From: Macrostomum lignano | Lineage: Eukaryota | Length of the DNA: 64,000 nucleotides | Assembly: GCA_002269645.1 (NCBI GenBank) | Contig: NIVC01000393.1 | Location: 310,001-374,000, forward strand | Direction: 5' to 3' | Shown: positions 62,579-64,000 of the stretch, one piece after another | Position numbering within the stretch: position 1 is the first letter of the stretch | Layout of the letters: every line of letters begins with the position of its first letter | Notes under the pieces: generated by a model | The model's database searches: none | What the model was told of the DNA's origin: nothing | What the model saw: only the letters and a program-made list of their open reading frames with translations | Translations under genes and position numbers: made by a program

Positions 62579-63984
62579 CTCTGTCAGTCGATGCTAGTCA
62601 ACATGGTCTCGGAGCAACTATCCTGCAAGATGGACACCCGCTGGAATACACTTTGTCATCACTGACACCATCCCAATGAAGTATGCTCAGATCGAAAAGG
62701 AACTTTTGGCTATTGTGTTTGGCTGTAAGCAATTCCACCAGTACGTCTGGGGACACAAGGTAACGGTCGAGAGCGACCACAAGCCACTAGAGAACATCTT
62801 CCGGAAGCCAATTTCAACTCTTACAGCAAGATTGCAGAGACTGATGCTACTAGTTCAGAAGTACAACCTGCACATTATATACGTTCCCAGTAAAGACTTG
62901 CACATTCCAGACACTCTAAGCCGCGCTTTCTTAAAGAACGTACATTCCTCTAAACAACTCGAAGATGACATTGAAGGTCACATGCTCAGTGTTAGAATGT
63001 CGGTTGGATTCCAGAACTGATGCAGAAACTGGAAAATGAAATGGCAAAGGACTCAACACTGCAACAACTTGCTGAGATCATCGGTGTTGGTTGGCCTCAC
63101 CACAGAAGCCAGCTTGTGACTGAGCTTTGTTGTTTCTGGAACGTCAGACATGATCTGACTGCGCATGGCAATCTGATCTGGATGAAGAATCAAATAGTCA
63201 TTCCAAACTCAATGAGAATGGAAGTGCTACAGAAGCTGCATACTGGACACCCTGGAATTGTGAAGGCAAGCTTAAAGGCGTCAGAGAGCGTCTACTGGCC
63301 TGGAATTAGATGTGATATTCAAGAAATGACTTCAGCGTGCATTGCCTGCCAGGAAAGCCAAAGAAAGCCACAGAAGGAACCGATGGGCTCAGTGCTTACC
63401 AGACTACCCATTTCAGGAATGTGGCATAGATATTTTCCATATTGACGGGAAGAATTTCTTGATATATGTTGATAAATACAGTCGGATGATCGAATACGCT
63501 AGGATCAACAATACTTCAGCTGCCTCTGTGATTCCCCAACTAAAGAAGTATTTCCAGACCTATGGAGTTTCGCGAGATTTTAAGATCTGACAATGGACCT
63601 CCATTCTCAGGAAGAGAATTTGGTTGTTTTGCGAAAGAGTATAGCTTAAAACATGCTACATCATCGCCGAAGTACAGCCAGTCAACAGATTAGCGGAAAG
63701 AGGCGTTCAAACGATCAAGAATTTTAAAGAAGGTTCTGAAGAGCAATGAAGGCGAGCACATGGCACTGCTGCATTACAAGAACACTCCTATCGAGCATGG
63801 AATGCCATCACCCGCTGAGCTAGTCTTTGGACACAAACTGCGCTATGATTTGCCAATCCCAAAAGCAGATCTAATTCCTAGACAGGTCATGTCCAGGAAA
63901 GTACTACAGAAGCTAAAGGACCAGCAGAACAAGGCCGAAGAATATTATAACCATGGATCTAAGGAGGAGAGAATTTGGTTGTAG
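62579..63984 (+). pseudogene. RNase H and integrase region broken by at least six small indels
   Basis: Frame changes near 62579, 62676, 63005, 63395, 63575, 63685 and 63722, inferred from motif continuity. Confidence 0.85.
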
Positions 63985-64000
63985 AGAAAAGGTTTGGATG

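Larger units (their letters stand above)
60057..64000 (+). mobile_element. Ty3/Gypsy LTR retrotransposon (Mag-like, single gag-pol), truncated by the window end
   Basis: ATG at 60299; CCHC knuckle region CSFCGKKH...CKSCGKQNHFSNVC; protease CDTGAD; RT RMPYGICSASEVYQ...NFIDDFIV; RNase H VDAS...YAQIEKELLAIVFG; integrase H..H...C..C, IDIF, SDNG, AERGVQTIK. The PR-RT-RH-IN order is Gypsy-type. Confidence 0.96.

Overview
Eukaryotic (metazoan) genomic DNA with GC-rich spliced exons among many micro- and minisatellites. The style suggests a repeat-rich flatworm such as Macrostomum, but that is inference only. Four host genes can be reconstructed by hand. (1) An FBXL7-like F-box/LRR gene (minus, running off the left edge). 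(2) A 3-exon galanin/allatostatin-A-type GPCR, join(26056..26122,30375..30784,31386..32174), 421 aa. (3) A 4-exon ADAR2-like adenosine deaminase (minus, 48378->39767). (4) Directly upstream of it on the same strand, an hnRNP R/Q (Syncrip)-like gene (59097->50381, start exon not found). The ADAR and Syncrip genes each carry one 1-nt deletion, probably long-read assembly errors. Mobile DNA comprises a compact PIF/Harbinger element, the 5' part of a Ty3/Gypsy retrotransposon, a tRNA-derived SINE and several TIR/foldback structures. About 25 tandem arrays account for nearly all the very long ORFs in the track, which are spurious. The strongest leads are a ~240-bp inverted repeat inside ADAR intron 2 (a candidate self-editing/autoregulatory dsRNA), the Syncrip-ADAR tandem, a foldback element with satellite arms, and a CRE-palindrome array in the GPCR intron.
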